64,000 nt of DNA from an uncultured Candidatus Saccharibacteria bacterium (GCA_964612745.1 CAZTCH010000005.1:5448-69447); one strand, 5' to 3'. Shown: positions 47,287-58,420, numbered from the stretch's first letter. The notes: generated by a model from the sequence alone, not told the origin. Program-made: numbers and translations.

Positions 47287-48426
47287 CTAGTTTCCGAGTT
47301 GCCCGACATTCAGGAAGTACAAGCCACCATCCAAGTTGTTTTTGAAGTATAGGGATCCACCGTCAGAAGAAGTAAACATGCTCACGGGAGAAATGCGAGT
47401 TGCAACCTCGACCAGCTTTTGTGAACCAGCGGCTGCATCCACACGGTAGAGCAAGTCTCCGGAAGTGCTCGCAGAAGCAGCGTACAACACCTTACTATCT
47501 GGCGCCCAGGTGACTTGGTCTAATTTCGCTTCTATGTTCATGTTTTGCAACTCACCGGTGTAAACATTGCCTACCCACAACTGCCACGCACCAGATGCAG
47601 ATTTTCTGTTAAACGCAAATTTTTGACTGTCTGGACTCCACAAAGCGCCTACGTTAAACCCGTCTTTCACAATAGTCCGGAACAATTTACCATCTGGACT
47701 GACTAAGTTTATTTTATTTGTCGCTTCTTGGCTTTGTGTTCTCCAATACACAATCACTTTACCGTCAGGAGAAATAGCTAAGGCATTATCGTTTTCCCAC
47801 ATGTCTGTAACGGTTTGCCATGTGCTCATGTCTGCGGGAGAGACATTCAAATTTGTTTTGCCATTTTCTAACCAGAAATACAGCAACTGTTCACCATCTG
47901 GCAACCATGCAATGGACGTCACTTGTGGTGGGACATCTACATACACACCTTTATTGCTCACATAGACTGCCCATGCAGTACCGCCACTTGCTGTGGTCAA
48001 CTCAACTAAGTAGTTATTACCTGTAGCTGGCCAGTGTACCTTGGTCACCCCTGCTTTTGCGGGCACACCCAATTCTCGCTTGTTGGTTAGTTGTGGAGTA
48101 CCGGTAGTCAAATCTAAATCTGCTTGGAACAACTGCCCTTGGGTATTAAAGTACGCAAGCCCGTTGCCCTGATAAAACAAAATAGGACTCACGACGCTAT
48201 CGCTCGTCAGGTTAATTGGGGTTACTCCAGACAACGCAGTAGTTGGTGTTGCGATTGGAGTAGGATCGACAACAACCCCGCCTTCCTCTGTTGGAGCTGG
48301 CGTTGGATTTGTTGTGTTATTGGTAGTAGAATTTGTTTCGGATCTCCTCTGGAAAATAAGGAAAGTTAAAGTTCCAACAATCAGTAAGAAAATAGCGCCT
48401 AAAATGGCGATGGCTTTTTTATTCAT
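47287..48426 (-). CDS. Membrane-anchored TolB/WD40-like beta-propeller protein
   Basis: N-terminal TM; repeated WxPDG/SPDG motifs. Confidence 0.85.
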   Translation of the reverse strand: MNKKAIAILGAIFLLIVGTLTFLIFQRRSETNSTTNNTTNPTPAPTEEGGVVVDPTPIATPTTALSGVTPINLTSDSVVSPILFYQGNGLAYFNTQGQLFQADLDLTTGTPQLTNKRELGVPAKAGVTKVHWPATGNNYLVELTTASGGTAWAVYVSNKGVYVDVPPQVTSIAWLPDGEQLLYFWLENGKTNLNVSPADMSTWQTVTDMWENDNALAISPDGKVIVYWRTQSQEATNKINLVSPDGKLFRTIVKDGFNVGALWSPDSQKFAFNRKSASGAWQLWVGNVYTGELQNMNIEAKLDQVTWAPDSKVLYAASASTSGDLLYRVDAAAGSQKLVEVATRISPVSMFTSSDGGSLYFKNNLDGGLYFLNVGQLGN

Positions 48427-48474
48427 TTATTTTTCGCTAGCCTACAATACATTTAGTATAGCATGGGAGCAATG

Positions 48475-49088
48475 AGGAGGATAGAAGAAATAGAAGAGTG
48501 AGAAGAATTAGAAGAATTAGAAGAATTAGAAGAATTAGAGAGGAATTTTGAAAGCGGAGCCCGCCGAAGCTTTAGCGTAGGAGGGAGGGTAGAGAATAGA
48601 GAGAATGTAGATTGCTAAGTGCTAAGTGCTAAGTGCTAAGGGCTATGGGCTAAGAAAGAGTGTAATTTTCAATTTTTAATTTTTCCTACTTGTTACTGCT
48701 TTTTAAAAATTCCAAATCACAAGCACGAAATAACAAATAAATTCCAATCCGCCAGCCGGCGGACGAAAATCCCAAACAAATACATTTTTAACTCAAAAGT
48801 CAAAACTGAGAGGTCAAAACTTCAAATCAAAACTGTAAACTGCAATGCAATTCAGTTTTGCGTTTATAGTTGCAGTTTTGCGTTCCTGTCGTTAGATGGG
48901 CACCATCTGACACAGTGCTCGCAATTTTGGTTTGAGGGTGTATCGACAGAAGTAAATATAAATCTTGTATGTCAGATGGTGCCCATCTAACTCTCCCGTT
49001 TTTCTGGCGTGAAGACCTTAAGACACGAAGACATGACGACTCATTATTCTTTCGTTTGACGTGAAGACATGAAGACCTTCGACTTCTT
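48475..49088. repeat. Composite repeat cluster
   Basis: AGAAGAATT and TGCTAAG tandem repeats; blocks shared with 31625-31735, 45500-45650 and 14660-14830. Confidence 0.85.
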
Positions 49089-49091
49089 CCC

Positions 49092-50141
49092 CTACTGTCC
49101 AAAGCTACCAAATGCAGAGAACGGTTGGCACAGTTCATTTGCACTCGCTGCTGTGGTGGACACATATGAAGCAATTTTCAATGCAAGCCCAAAGCTACTT
49201 AATCCGCTACACGTTGAAACAACCACGACCGCTAAGATAACAGCTAACACAACAAAGAAAAGAAACCAGACCATACCCACAATAACCCGCTCAAATATAT
49301 TTAAAGAGTTTGGTACAAAGAATAAAATTGTACCGAGCAATAATGTAACTATCAAGGACAACAAACCAGTGAAGCCCATTACCCATGGGTCATATGATGC
49401 ACGAAAGAGAGTAAGCGCTGTAGACTTACCCAAACCAGTCACCGCGCGCACCGTAGCTTTACCTAAATGCAAGTTAGCTAAATCTCGCGCCGTGTCTTGT
49501 ACGGTATTTTTAATCCCCTTTGCATCTATAGCAGTAACCAGCCCCAGCCCAGGAACTGCCTTACTTGCCACAGTCGCCGCTGCTTTCGCACCATCTTTTA
49601 CAACCTCTTTGGCAACTTGTTTACCAGCATCTTTAACCAACTCGCCCCCTACCGTACTAACAGCACTCCCCGCCCCCCGAGCAACCCGAGCTTTATTCTG
49701 CTCTCTAAGTCCTTCCCTGAACCCACGATTCGCTGCTTTATCTGCTTTGCCTTGTACAAACTGCTCTTTGGCGCGGTCGTACGATAAATTCTTTAGACCA
49801 GAGCCAGTGCGTGCATTTTGCGCATTCATGTCTACCCCTAGCCCTTGCCCAAGCTTTGCTGCACCGCGCTCATACACTTTTGCTCCTACCTTGTCGGCAG
49901 CGGCATCGCGAACTCGCCCTGCCACTGTCGTAGCATCACTCGCGCGCACGTCTTTGTTTGCAGCACTATCCACAACTGCGCCAGATGGATCTTGCGCCGC
50001 CACTATCTCGGCCCCGCCTTCAGCAACCTGTTCGCTATCGGGTGCAGAATCTTGCCCAGCACCAGCCAACCCAGACGACGAAAAGCGACGCGCAGCAGCG
50101 TCGGCGTTTGGATCATAAAACTGTTGTGGTTCGGTGGCCAT
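49092..50141 (-). CDS. Hypothetical membrane protein in the VirB4 cluster
   Basis: Ala/Lys/Gly-rich N-terminus, C-terminal TMs. Confidence 0.75.
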   Translation of the reverse strand: MATEPQQFYDPNADAAARRFSSSGLAGAGQDSAPDSEQVAEGGAEIVAAQDPSGAVVDSAANKDVRASDATTVAGRVRDAAADKVGAKVYERGAAKLGQGLGVDMNAQNARTGSGLKNLSYDRAKEQFVQGKADKAANRGFREGLREQNKARVARGAGSAVSTVGGELVKDAGKQVAKEVVKDGAKAAATVASKAVPGLGLVTAIDAKGIKNTVQDTARDLANLHLGKATVRAVTGLGKSTALTLFRASYDPWVMGFTGLLSLIVTLLLGTILFFVPNSLNIFERVIVGMVWFLFFVVLAVILAVVVVSTCSGLSSFGLALKIASYVSTTAASANELCQPFSAFGSFGQ

Positions 50142-50201
50142 AGGAAAACAAAACTAACACAGGGACAATCCTGCACCACACCGTACATGCGCTACCAATG
50201 T

Positions 50202-52055
50202 CTATACAGGAGTCGTTTGCTGTTTTTGCTGTTCTTTAATTTCCAGCAACTGCCGTGGGTCAGTAGTAATTATCTGGTCTTCTATGTACGAAGCGTACAC
50301 CTTAATTGCCGCATGCTTCGTGCCTGCAAAAAAGATACCTTCCCCTACTTCACTTTCCAAAAGTAAATACTTTTCCCCTTCAGTTAAAAAGAATGTTTCG
50401 GCAATAATATTAATGGAAGCAGGGCTTTGTTTGAGCAGTAACTGGATAGATGAGTTCGTCACAATTGGCTTTCCATACGGAGACGCCATAAAGTCAGCAA
50501 CGTCTTGCGTAATGGTGGTTAAGCCTAAGTAGTACTTACGGCAGCGCTTCGCAATCCCGAAAATAAACCGAGCACTATCTTCGTGTTGCATCATGACCCA
50601 CGCTTCATCGAGCACTAATATACGTCGCTTGAGCTCGCTCCGTACTAAATTCCAAATATGGTTTACCAACACGAACATCGCAATTGGACGCAACGTGTCT
50701 TCGAGGTCTCGGATTGAGTACACCACAAGACTATTTTGCAAGCCCACATTGCTTTGGTGGTCGAAAATGCCGGCAAATGTTCCTTGGGTGTATTTGGAAA
50801 GTCGCTGTGCTAAGTTTTCTGCACCCACCATACCAGACAACACCTCTACCAAGTCTCCCATGGTCGGGAATTCTACTCCGGTGTTATCGCTGGTAGCAGT
50901 AATGTCTTTTTTAGCGTACGCCTGCCAAATCGCACGGTCCATAAGAGCCTCTTCTGTTGGGTCAAGCTTCCCCAGCATAATATTCATGAGCCCAAGCATA
51001 AAGATGACCGCACTACGCATAACATCTTCTTGGCTTTCCCCTTCTAGACCTCTGGGCAAATCAAATGGGTTAATGCGTGATTGAGAATTAAGCGAAATAT
51101 TCACAAAACTACCCCCCACTGCTTCTGCTAGATGCTGGTATTCATTTTCTGGGTCAATCACAATAACGTCTGTGCCAATCATCAGACTACGCAGAATTTC
51201 TAGTTTGATTGCATACGATTTTCCCGCACCAGATTTCGCGAACACCACTGCGTTGGCGTTCTCCATTTTGAACCGGTCAAACAAAATCAAGCTGTTATTG
51301 TGCCGGTTTATACCATATAAAATCCCGTCGTTACTCGTCACATCAGGCGACACAAAAGGGAACGTGGTGGAAAGTGGACCCGTATTTAAATTGTTTCCAA
51401 TATTTATTTCGTCGAGTGCATACGGCAACGTCGAAGTCAGCCCCTGCTCTGTTTGCATGAGCGCCCGTTTCGTCACAATCAGCTTTGCCCCTAGTGTGCT
51501 TTCCAAAACAGTCGATTGCTCGTCTAGCTCTTTGAGAGAGTTTGCATAAATGGTCAGGTACAGCGCAAACCGAAAATACTTTTCTGTTCCTTGCAGGAGC
51601 GCATCTCGCAGACCTTCCACATCTTTATATGCTGTTTCCAGCATTGGATCGCGCACCATCCCCTTTTCTTGGTTTATGGTCATTTGCGAACCAATTTCAC
51701 CCACCTTCGATCGCAACTTTTTCAGAATGGTCGCAGAGTCAATAGGGTAAATAAACATGGACACGTCTAACTCACCTTCGGAGTTAATCACGAACGAAAG
51801 CCACCCTGTCGACAAAAACCGTGGATACGCGAGCACAAAAAAGCTACGGCCATATTTGCCGTTCAGCAAAAAATATGAGCTTTCGTATTTCAGCGCTGCG
51901 GGAGATAGTAAATCTTTCAGCGTGGTAATACCTTCTTGGTATATTTTTTCAATCTCTGCAACTTGTTTACCAACCGCAGCAGAAGACTTCACTGCTTCCA
52001 GCTTTTCTTTTTGTGCCTGTATTTCTTCTGGTGTTTTGCTTGCAAATAAAGCCAT
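50202..52055 (-). CDS. VirB4-like (TraE/TraC-type) ATPase
   Basis: AKSGAGKS, IDPENEY, INPFD, LDEAW, TITQD. Confidence 0.93.
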   Translation of the reverse strand: MALFASKTPEEIQAQKEKLEAVKSSAAVGKQVAEIEKIYQEGITTLKDLLSPAALKYESSYFLLNGKYGRSFFVLAYPRFLSTGWLSFVINSEGELDVSMFIYPIDSATILKKLRSKVGEIGSQMTINQEKGMVRDPMLETAYKDVEGLRDALLQGTEKYFRFALYLTIYANSLKELDEQSTVLESTLGAKLIVTKRALMQTEQGLTSTLPYALDEINIGNNLNTGPLSTTFPFVSPDVTSNDGILYGINRHNNSLILFDRFKMENANAVVFAKSGAGKSYAIKLEILRSLMIGTDVIVIDPENEYQHLAEAVGGSFVNISLNSQSRINPFDLPRGLEGESQEDVMRSAVIFMLGLMNIMLGKLDPTEEALMDRAIWQAYAKKDITATSDNTGVEFPTMGDLVEVLSGMVGAENLAQRLSKYTQGTFAGIFDHQSNVGLQNSLVVYSIRDLEDTLRPIAMFVLVNHIWNLVRSELKRRILVLDEAWVMMQHEDSARFIFGIAKRCRKYYLGLTTITQDVADFMASPYGKPIVTNSSIQLLLKQSPASINIIAETFFLTEGEKYLLLESEVGEGIFFAGTKHAAIKVYASYIEDQIITTDPRQLLEIKEQQKQQTTPV

Positions 52056-52066
52056 ACAAATATTCC

Positions 52067-52759
52067 TTATTGGGCTGTTCCAACCACCTTAATATCGCCA
52101 AGGCTTTCACTGTTGAGCGCTGGTGCCGATTCAAAATTGTACGAATTATAATACAACTCAATCAGCGCCCCTGTATCGAGCCGTACCACTCGTAAGCCCA
52201 ACCCAGAGAGGTTGCTTACCACAGAATCCACTCGCTGCTGTAATTGCTCGCTGTAGTGCTTAATATTTTCTATCTTTTTGTTCGCCTGTGTTGCTCCACT
52301 ACCACCAAAAAGACCGGAAAACAAACCGCTCGAGGCAGGAGTAACCGTTTGGGCAAGCGGCACCACAATATAAAACTCTTTGCTCATGACGTTGGCGTCA
52401 TTTACCAGCTCAGAAATAAAATCAATGTAGTACTGTGCTTGCATGCGCAATAGTTCATTTTCCAAACGCTGTGTTATCAGTTGCAATTTGTTGACATAGT
52501 CAGCTACATTCAACTTCCTGCTTTGCATTAAAATCTGTATGGGAAAATCCAAAGAATTCAGGAACCGTTGGTACCCAAAGATTATGCCGTTTTGCTCGTC
52601 TTCATTTTTTAAATCAAAATTGGTAGATCCCACTGCTAAAACAGCTCGCAACGTTCCGTCTTGCATGATTACAAGATTGTCGCGAATCTCTGAGATGCGA
52701 AGCACATGTCCTGTCGGTGTGCCTGCATGTGTGGTTGTTTTTTTGCTTTCAGATGCCAT
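52067..52759 (-). CDS. VirB4-associated conserved protein
   Basis: NFDLKNEDEQ...FLNSLDFPIQIL...KEFYIVVP; located between the PrgI and VirB4 genes. Confidence 0.8.
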   Translation of the reverse strand: MASESKKTTTHAGTPTGHVLRISEIRDNLVIMQDGTLRAVLAVGSTNFDLKNEDEQNGIIFGYQRFLNSLDFPIQILMQSRKLNVADYVNKLQLITQRLENELLRMQAQYYIDFISELVNDANVMSKEFYIVVPLAQTVTPASSGLFSGLFGGSGATQANKKIENIKHYSEQLQQRVDSVVSNLSGLGLRVVRLDTGALIELYYNSYNFESAPALNSESLGDIKVVGTAQ

Positions 52760-52779
52760 AAAGTAAAACTCTCTTCGGG

Positions 52780-53217
52780 CTATGGTTTACGATTGAGTAG
52801 CTCGGCTTCTTGCTGTTCACGCTGCTCAAGCTGGTACTGAATCTTCTTTAAGCGTGACCGAGTATCTTCTTGATTTACTACCACAGGGGCTGGTTTTTGT
52901 ACTATATTTTTCACTTCGGTAAACACCATACCAGCCATTTCTTTCTGAAATGTGAAAAACTTCGGGCGTGACCAATAGTTTATAAGTGCTCCAGCAGAAG
53001 CGTAAAGTGGCCTGCCATTAAACTGGCCAAAAGCCAGCACAATCCCTGGAATACCAAACAGGAACGCTACCAAGCCAGTAATATAGTAGTCTTTTGTTGT
53101 TGAGTACGCCACAAACACAATAGCTGCAGTCGCCAGCAAAATCACGAACTGCTTAACCGTAAGCGGTCCAATGATTCTATCTTCTACTTCGGTGAATTGT
53201 GGCACAGGAAATTGCAT
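52780..53217 (-). CDS. PrgI family membrane protein
   Basis: MQFPVPQFTEVEDRIIGPLTVKQF, two TMs, NGRP. Confidence 0.88.
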   Translation of the reverse strand: MQFPVPQFTEVEDRIIGPLTVKQFVILLATAAIVFVAYSTTKDYYITGLVAFLFGIPGIVLAFGQFNGRPLYASAGALINYWSRPKFFTFQKEMAGMVFTEVKNIVQKPAPVVVNQEDTRSRLKKIQYQLEQREQQEAELLNRKP

Positions 53218-53318
53218 ATATGTACCGTTTTGATACTCAATAGCCAAACTACAGAACACAATCTAACACTGTGTCGCGCATAGTTATTATACCATGCAGG
53301 CATAGCGCAAGAAGCATA

Positions 53319-54173
53319 CTAATTGCTTTTTGCTTGTTGTAAAAAGTCACTCAGTGCTTCAAAGTCCTGCTTACGCAATACCGCCTTACCTGCCGCCACG
53401 AGTTCTGCTTCGAGCGCTTCGAATGTGACGTGCTCCCGCAAAATCCGAGCGCCAACGGCTAAGTATGTTTTGTACAACGGCGAGCGCTCGAATGCTAATT
53501 GCACAGAAAAATACCCAAATCGTTGTGCTAACTGCGCAAATGCCTGCTGCACAAAGCCCATACCTCGAGCTTGCAACGTCACAAGATTTATCCGACTCAT
53601 ATCTTCCAAACTTCGCACCTGTTCGAGCACTTCAGTTGAGGTATCTAAAAACTCTTTCTGTGTTTCTACAGGCGCAGCAACAACAGGTTGTTGCAGAGTC
53701 TGAGGGTTTTCAACACGCTCCACCTGCAGAACAGCTTTTTGCTCGGCCCGCACAGGAGCAGTCACAGGAATATTGTTAATCAATACCGTGCGACCACTTG
53801 CAGACGGCTGGGCGATATCTGCAACCGGTGACCGATGCAGTGTTGTGGCAAAGTTTCTATCCAAAAAGGCAGATACACTATTTTGGCTTGTTCCTGCTGC
53901 AGGAGTAACCACTTCGGGCTTTTGAGCAGGTGCGGGTAAATCTAACTCTGGCGGGGCAGCACCCAAACGAGCTGCGGTCTGTACAGGGATGCGCTTTACT
54001 ACAGGCGCTTCGGGTAATTCAGGCTTTGGTTCCAACACCGTGCACAGCTCTAGTAACTGTTTGTCGCTCATAAGCGGCAACAAAGACAACCATTCTGCGC
54101 GTTCGGCGTCAGAAAGATTTGGAGAAGTCTCCACCAATATTCGTGCGTGTTCGATTTGGTTTTGATTTACCAT
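53319..54173 (-). CDS. Hypothetical protein
   Basis: Long ORF co-oriented with the cluster; Pro-rich linker. Confidence 0.75.
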   Translation of the reverse strand: MVNQNQIEHARILVETSPNLSDAERAEWLSLLPLMSDKQLLELCTVLEPKPELPEAPVVKRIPVQTAARLGAAPPELDLPAPAQKPEVVTPAAGTSQNSVSAFLDRNFATTLHRSPVADIAQPSASGRTVLINNIPVTAPVRAEQKAVLQVERVENPQTLQQPVVAAPVETQKEFLDTSTEVLEQVRSLEDMSRINLVTLQARGMGFVQQAFAQLAQRFGYFSVQLAFERSPLYKTYLAVGARILREHVTFEALEAELVAAGKAVLRKQDFEALSDFLQQAKSN

Positions 54174-54198
54174 AGACAGTTTTTTGGTAAAGCTGGAA

Positions 54199-55374
54199 CT
54201 AAAGCTTCTGTTTTAAATCTTCAAGTTTGTGGGCAATTTTTTCTGCCAATGCCGCGTCTGGAGTTGCAACTTTTTGCACTGGTTCAGATTGCTTCGGAGG
54301 AGCTGGCGGATTTACTGGCTGTGTTACTACTGGAACAGGAGGAGTAGGAACTTCCTCTTCTTTCTGAGACTCAGCACCACCAACCTCAAGTCCTGTTTTA
54401 TCTGACGCACCGAGTGGTACTTGCACCAAAACCCCTTGTACGTTTGGAGTCCCAGTCATAGTAGCTTCACCCTGCTCTCCTGCAACAACCTCCGCAAGTT
54501 CAGCACTTTGGTCTTGCACCACCAACCCAGCTCGACTCGTAGTTGGTGTAACATCTACAAATTCTTCTAGTTCAACTTCAGTAACGTAGGGATCACTGAG
54601 CCAATCATAGAGTTCGCACAATGCCAAGAGCACCGCCTGATCTTCTTTGGAAAGCTTTCGCGCGTTTTCTGAATCGTTCACAAATTTTATACGATCCAGC
54701 GCTCCTCTGGAAATAGCATCGCTTGTGCTAACCGCATCGTACTCTGCCAACCAATGCTCAACAGTCGCAGACACCATCTTATCTAAAACTTTTATCTCTG
54801 TCCCAAGCATTTCTTGGTTTTTTTTCAAATAAGGCACGAACTGCCTACCCCACTCCCCGCCGTCATATTCTGGTTCGGCAACGTAGTAGGCATAACGAAT
54901 ACTGCTCAAAAAAACTTCTCCCGCTTCCAAATAATACAAAATATCTGTTTGCAATAGAGCCGCCAACAAGTCATGACTAACGTATCGAATATTTTGAAAT
55001 ACGACAGAACGAACCCCTGAAAGCGCCCGCAATGCAACTACCGCCTGACCCAACCTGAGAACAAAAAAATCAGACACAACACACAAAATCCACTTCCCAA
55101 AGTAAAAGTCAGGATTGTGTGAAGCTGCAACCAATAGTTCATCTACCCTTGAAAAGTTCTCCGCTTTTGCATTCTGAAAAATTTCAAATACAACTTCGAG
55201 CCAAGCTGTCCTTGCGTTGAGCGTATCAAACTCACCCAACTCGAGCAAAGTATTAATTTGGTCAAGTGTTGCTGGGCCGCACAGCGAAAGACCTTCGCCC
55301 CCAAAAAGACTAGCTATTTGGGTGGGCAATTGTATTTTCGCTAACTTATTTTGAATATGTGCGGCTGTAACCAT
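54199..55374 (-). CDS. Hypothetical protein
   Basis: Long ORF co-oriented with the cluster. Confidence 0.75.
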   Translation of the reverse strand: MVTAAHIQNKLAKIQLPTQIASLFGGEGLSLCGPATLDQINTLLELGEFDTLNARTAWLEVVFEIFQNAKAENFSRVDELLVAASHNPDFYFGKWILCVVSDFFVLRLGQAVVALRALSGVRSVVFQNIRYVSHDLLAALLQTDILYYLEAGEVFLSSIRYAYYVAEPEYDGGEWGRQFVPYLKKNQEMLGTEIKVLDKMVSATVEHWLAEYDAVSTSDAISRGALDRIKFVNDSENARKLSKEDQAVLLALCELYDWLSDPYVTEVELEEFVDVTPTTSRAGLVVQDQSAELAEVVAGEQGEATMTGTPNVQGVLVQVPLGASDKTGLEVGGAESQKEEEVPTPPVPVVTQPVNPPAPPKQSEPVQKVATPDAALAEKIAHKLEDLKQKL

Positions 55375-55387
55375 GGTAACTAGTTAA

Positions 55388-58369
55388 TTAAAACCCTGCG
55401 TCTGCCTTAAATTTCTCACGAAGTTTTTTAACTTCATCAGCATTTAAATCTTCTTTCCCCAACGCAGCGTCCAGCTCATCACTGCTATTTGAATACAAAT
55501 CTGCAAACTTACGCAACTTTTCCTTAGAAAGAGAGGCAATCACATCGAAAGGTTTATTACCTTTTAGCTTACCCCACTTTGCCATAAAGCTCGCTGCGAG
55601 TACTGGATCAGCAAACATATCTGCGTGCATATTTGCTGCTTGTTCGTTAGCGGATTTCTTCTCCCAGCGCTTCTTACGGAAGCGAGAGTTTTGCTGAGCA
55701 TCGGTATACACTTTCACATCATCACCAGATTTTTCACCATGCGTTGCAACAGTAGCAAACTCTTTCTTATCGCTAGTTTCGGAGCCATCAACCATCTTCA
55801 CCTCAACAGGATCAATGACATTATCCAGTTTTCCGTCGCTAATCATTTTCGCGTTCACTTTATCTCGCAATTGCTCCAAGTTTCGACGGCTCAATCCCGC
55901 CGCTGCACCCGCTTCATAAAAATGCTCAATCGAAGCATTCTTCCCTGCGGCAATAGCAGCGAGCTCTACAGTAGCCGCAGCTGCCCCTGGCCCACCAGAC
56001 GCAACCACACGATTCAAGTGGTCTTCTACCAAACGCTTTTTCATGTCATCAAAGCTACCTTTGTCCAAAGCAACATCTGTACGTGCCAACAACTCTACAG
56101 TCTTGGCAAAAGAGCTTGCCGCAGAGCCGAATACTGCTGCCAAGTTTTCTGTATTTTCTTTTGCGGTGTTATCGCGTATGTCTTCTTTTTTATCTTTTTG
56201 AGCTTTTGCCAGATCTGAATCTTTTAGAGCTTGCACAGCCTTTGGTGTTTCGCCTTTACGCAATGAGCGTGCATCTTTTGCATATGCCCCCATCAGATTT
56301 TGTCGGTCCTGAACATCGCTCTTGCGCTTCTTCTTTGCTGCTTCCCACACAGAGCCGCCGGTAGCAGCATTAAATGCAACACCTTTCCACCCCTTCATAT
56401 CATCTGCTTTTTTTGGCCCTAAATACTTTTCAACATTGTCATAGTACTTGATCTTAGCGTTATCTTTCAGCTTATCCACCCCCGCCTGCGCTAATACAAT
56501 TGGAGTTTTTGCCACAGTGGTTGCTGCTTTCCCCACAGAAGAAACAGCGCCTGCTGCGTACCCGCCCAAAGCAGCGGCAGGGGCAAATGCCATACCTGTC
56601 GTCTTGTTGAGTGTTTTGGTCACAAACCCACCAGCCCCGCTCCCAAAGCTAGTCGCCACCTTTAAAGTCATGTATAGAAACACCAGTGGGATAATGTTAC
56701 TTGCCAGAGCGAACGCCGCGCTATTTAACCAACTTTCGTTTAATGCCACTTGGCTCTTTGAAGCCAAATCTTGAATAACTGTTCTATTTTTTACAGTCAT
56801 GAGAGCAGTCAAGTTCAGCATGAACCCAACTGCAGGAGTAACAAGTGCCCAATTTATAAATTTATTCCACCAGTCCTTAGAGTAGCCTCCTGTTTTTGGA
56901 AAAATGGAAGCTACATACGGTATTGGCGAAAGCATTAAAAGCAACCACAGCATAACAACCCGAATACACGCCAAAATAGTAATTGCCAATATAGCAAAGA
57001 AAGCCGCAAAAGCAATAAAGAATTGCGTCACAATTCGAATAGTTTCAGAGAAATCACCCAACTGTGCCCCAGGGGTGTCCGCCCAGATGTTACTCACAAA
57101 AAGGGTATTGATGATTGCCCTCACAGCCCCACTGCCATCAGATAAAAACTGCTGCTGCAATGTATCTGCAATACCCAAAACAGCTTGCGCAATAGTTAAG
57201 CTAAAGTTAATGAGGATTGCCCCAATTATCAGTTTTACGAGCAAGTCTTTAACCGCATAACCGTTAATGCGGAACACTGTAGCCACACCAATTGCCACAA
57301 TAGCCAGAATGAACAATATGTTCCCAAGGTTGCGGAAAATTTCCCATGCTGGGTAAATAACCTGTGCAAATTCGTCGCTAAAAGTACGGATAGACAAGAC
57401 CGCTTCCAATAGGGTCCCAATTGCACTTGCAGCAGCTGACATGGTCGAAATAAAGAATTTCAATACTCCACCAATCACAAAGTTAACAAAACCAATCAAA
57501 GGATTATTTTTTCCAGGATCAGCTTGGTTAAGCTCATTTGTTTCGGTCCCAGTTACATTTAGCTTTGTTGTCCACTCAGCTTTAGGAATTGCTTGCAACT
57601 GGCCACCAACTGTTTGCATTGCCTGCACAACAATAGTGTACTCTTTTGGACTTTTAGGGTAGGAACATTCTAGCCGTGCTCCGAGTGCAGCAGCTTGCTT
57701 TATCCCCACCCCACAATCGTACTGAATACTAGTAGCAGCTGGCCCTCCTGCTTTTACATACGTCACATTGTATCTGTAGGTAACCGAAGTAACCCCAACT
57801 GAAGTGCCTCCAACTGGTAGAACTGCCAGAGAAGGGTCGCCGGTAGTTGTAGCAGCACCAGAAGTAACAACAAGACTCCCTCGAAGGGTTACTAAATACC
57901 TGTTTGACTCATTGTCATAGTCATACTGCATCTTCACTGTAAGCTGATGGTCGCCTGCAGTAGTAAATAAGTCTGGGGTTACAAGCAGATTAAAATCTGC
58001 AGTAAGTCCTGCATTTGCTTTAGAAAATATACCGAGCCCACCAGTATCTGGTCCGTTGTACAAATTTAAGCTATACCCAGAGCGGTCTGTTAAAGAACCT
58101 TTGCACTCCGGCTTTACCGTTGCCTGCAGCGCCATGTATTGGCCCACTACATAAGGGCCAGTTCGAATGGCCGTATCCTTCAGAATTATACCTTCTGTCT
58201 CACAAGCAGACGCTGCTTGCAGGACTCGTCCCCTCGGAGGCTCTACTTCTTGCGCAAAAGCAGACGGAACAAGGGGCGTAAAAGCCAAAGCCGCCACCCC
58301 AAACAGGGTAGCTGCTAAAGCTATTTTGCCATACAATTTCAAATTTATTTTAGAGAAGAAATTCACCAA
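55388..58369 (-). CDS. VirB6/TrbL-like polytopic membrane protein with large soluble extensions
   Basis: WEIFRNLGN...LINFSL...IRVVMLWLLLMLSPI...WW core. Confidence 0.8.
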   Translation of the reverse strand: MVNFFSKINLKLYGKIALAATLFGVAALAFTPLVPSAFAQEVEPPRGRVLQAASACETEGIILKDTAIRTGPYVVGQYMALQATVKPECKGSLTDRSGYSLNLYNGPDTGGLGIFSKANAGLTADFNLLVTPDLFTTAGDHQLTVKMQYDYDNESNRYLVTLRGSLVVTSGAATTTGDPSLAVLPVGGTSVGVTSVTYRYNVTYVKAGGPAATSIQYDCGVGIKQAAALGARLECSYPKSPKEYTIVVQAMQTVGGQLQAIPKAEWTTKLNVTGTETNELNQADPGKNNPLIGFVNFVIGGVLKFFISTMSAAASAIGTLLEAVLSIRTFSDEFAQVIYPAWEIFRNLGNILFILAIVAIGVATVFRINGYAVKDLLVKLIIGAILINFSLTIAQAVLGIADTLQQQFLSDGSGAVRAIINTLFVSNIWADTPGAQLGDFSETIRIVTQFFIAFAAFFAILAITILACIRVVMLWLLLMLSPIPYVASIFPKTGGYSKDWWNKFINWALVTPAVGFMLNLTALMTVKNRTVIQDLASKSQVALNESWLNSAAFALASNIIPLVFLYMTLKVATSFGSGAGGFVTKTLNKTTGMAFAPAAALGGYAAGAVSSVGKAATTVAKTPIVLAQAGVDKLKDNAKIKYYDNVEKYLGPKKADDMKGWKGVAFNAATGGSVWEAAKKKRKSDVQDRQNLMGAYAKDARSLRKGETPKAVQALKDSDLAKAQKDKKEDIRDNTAKENTENLAAVFGSAASSFAKTVELLARTDVALDKGSFDDMKKRLVEDHLNRVVASGGPGAAAATVELAAIAAGKNASIEHFYEAGAAAGLSRRNLEQLRDKVNAKMISDGKLDNVIDPVEVKMVDGSETSDKKEFATVATHGEKSGDDVKVYTDAQQNSRFRKKRWEKKSANEQAANMHADMFADPVLAASFMAKWGKLKGNKPFDVIASLSKEKLRKFADLYSNSSDELDAALGKEDLNADEVKKLREKFKADAGF

Positions 58370-58420
58370 ATTACAAGATTAGCTATTTTTACTGTACAAT
58401 ATTTTGCAAGAATTCCCAAA

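Noticed and set aside
49069-50118. 349-aa plus-strand ORF
   Set aside because: Antisense shadow of 49092-50141, which is co-oriented with the cluster and has plausible TMs. The same applies to the other long antisense ORFs (e.g. 23633-24634, 37869-38699, 32143-32841).
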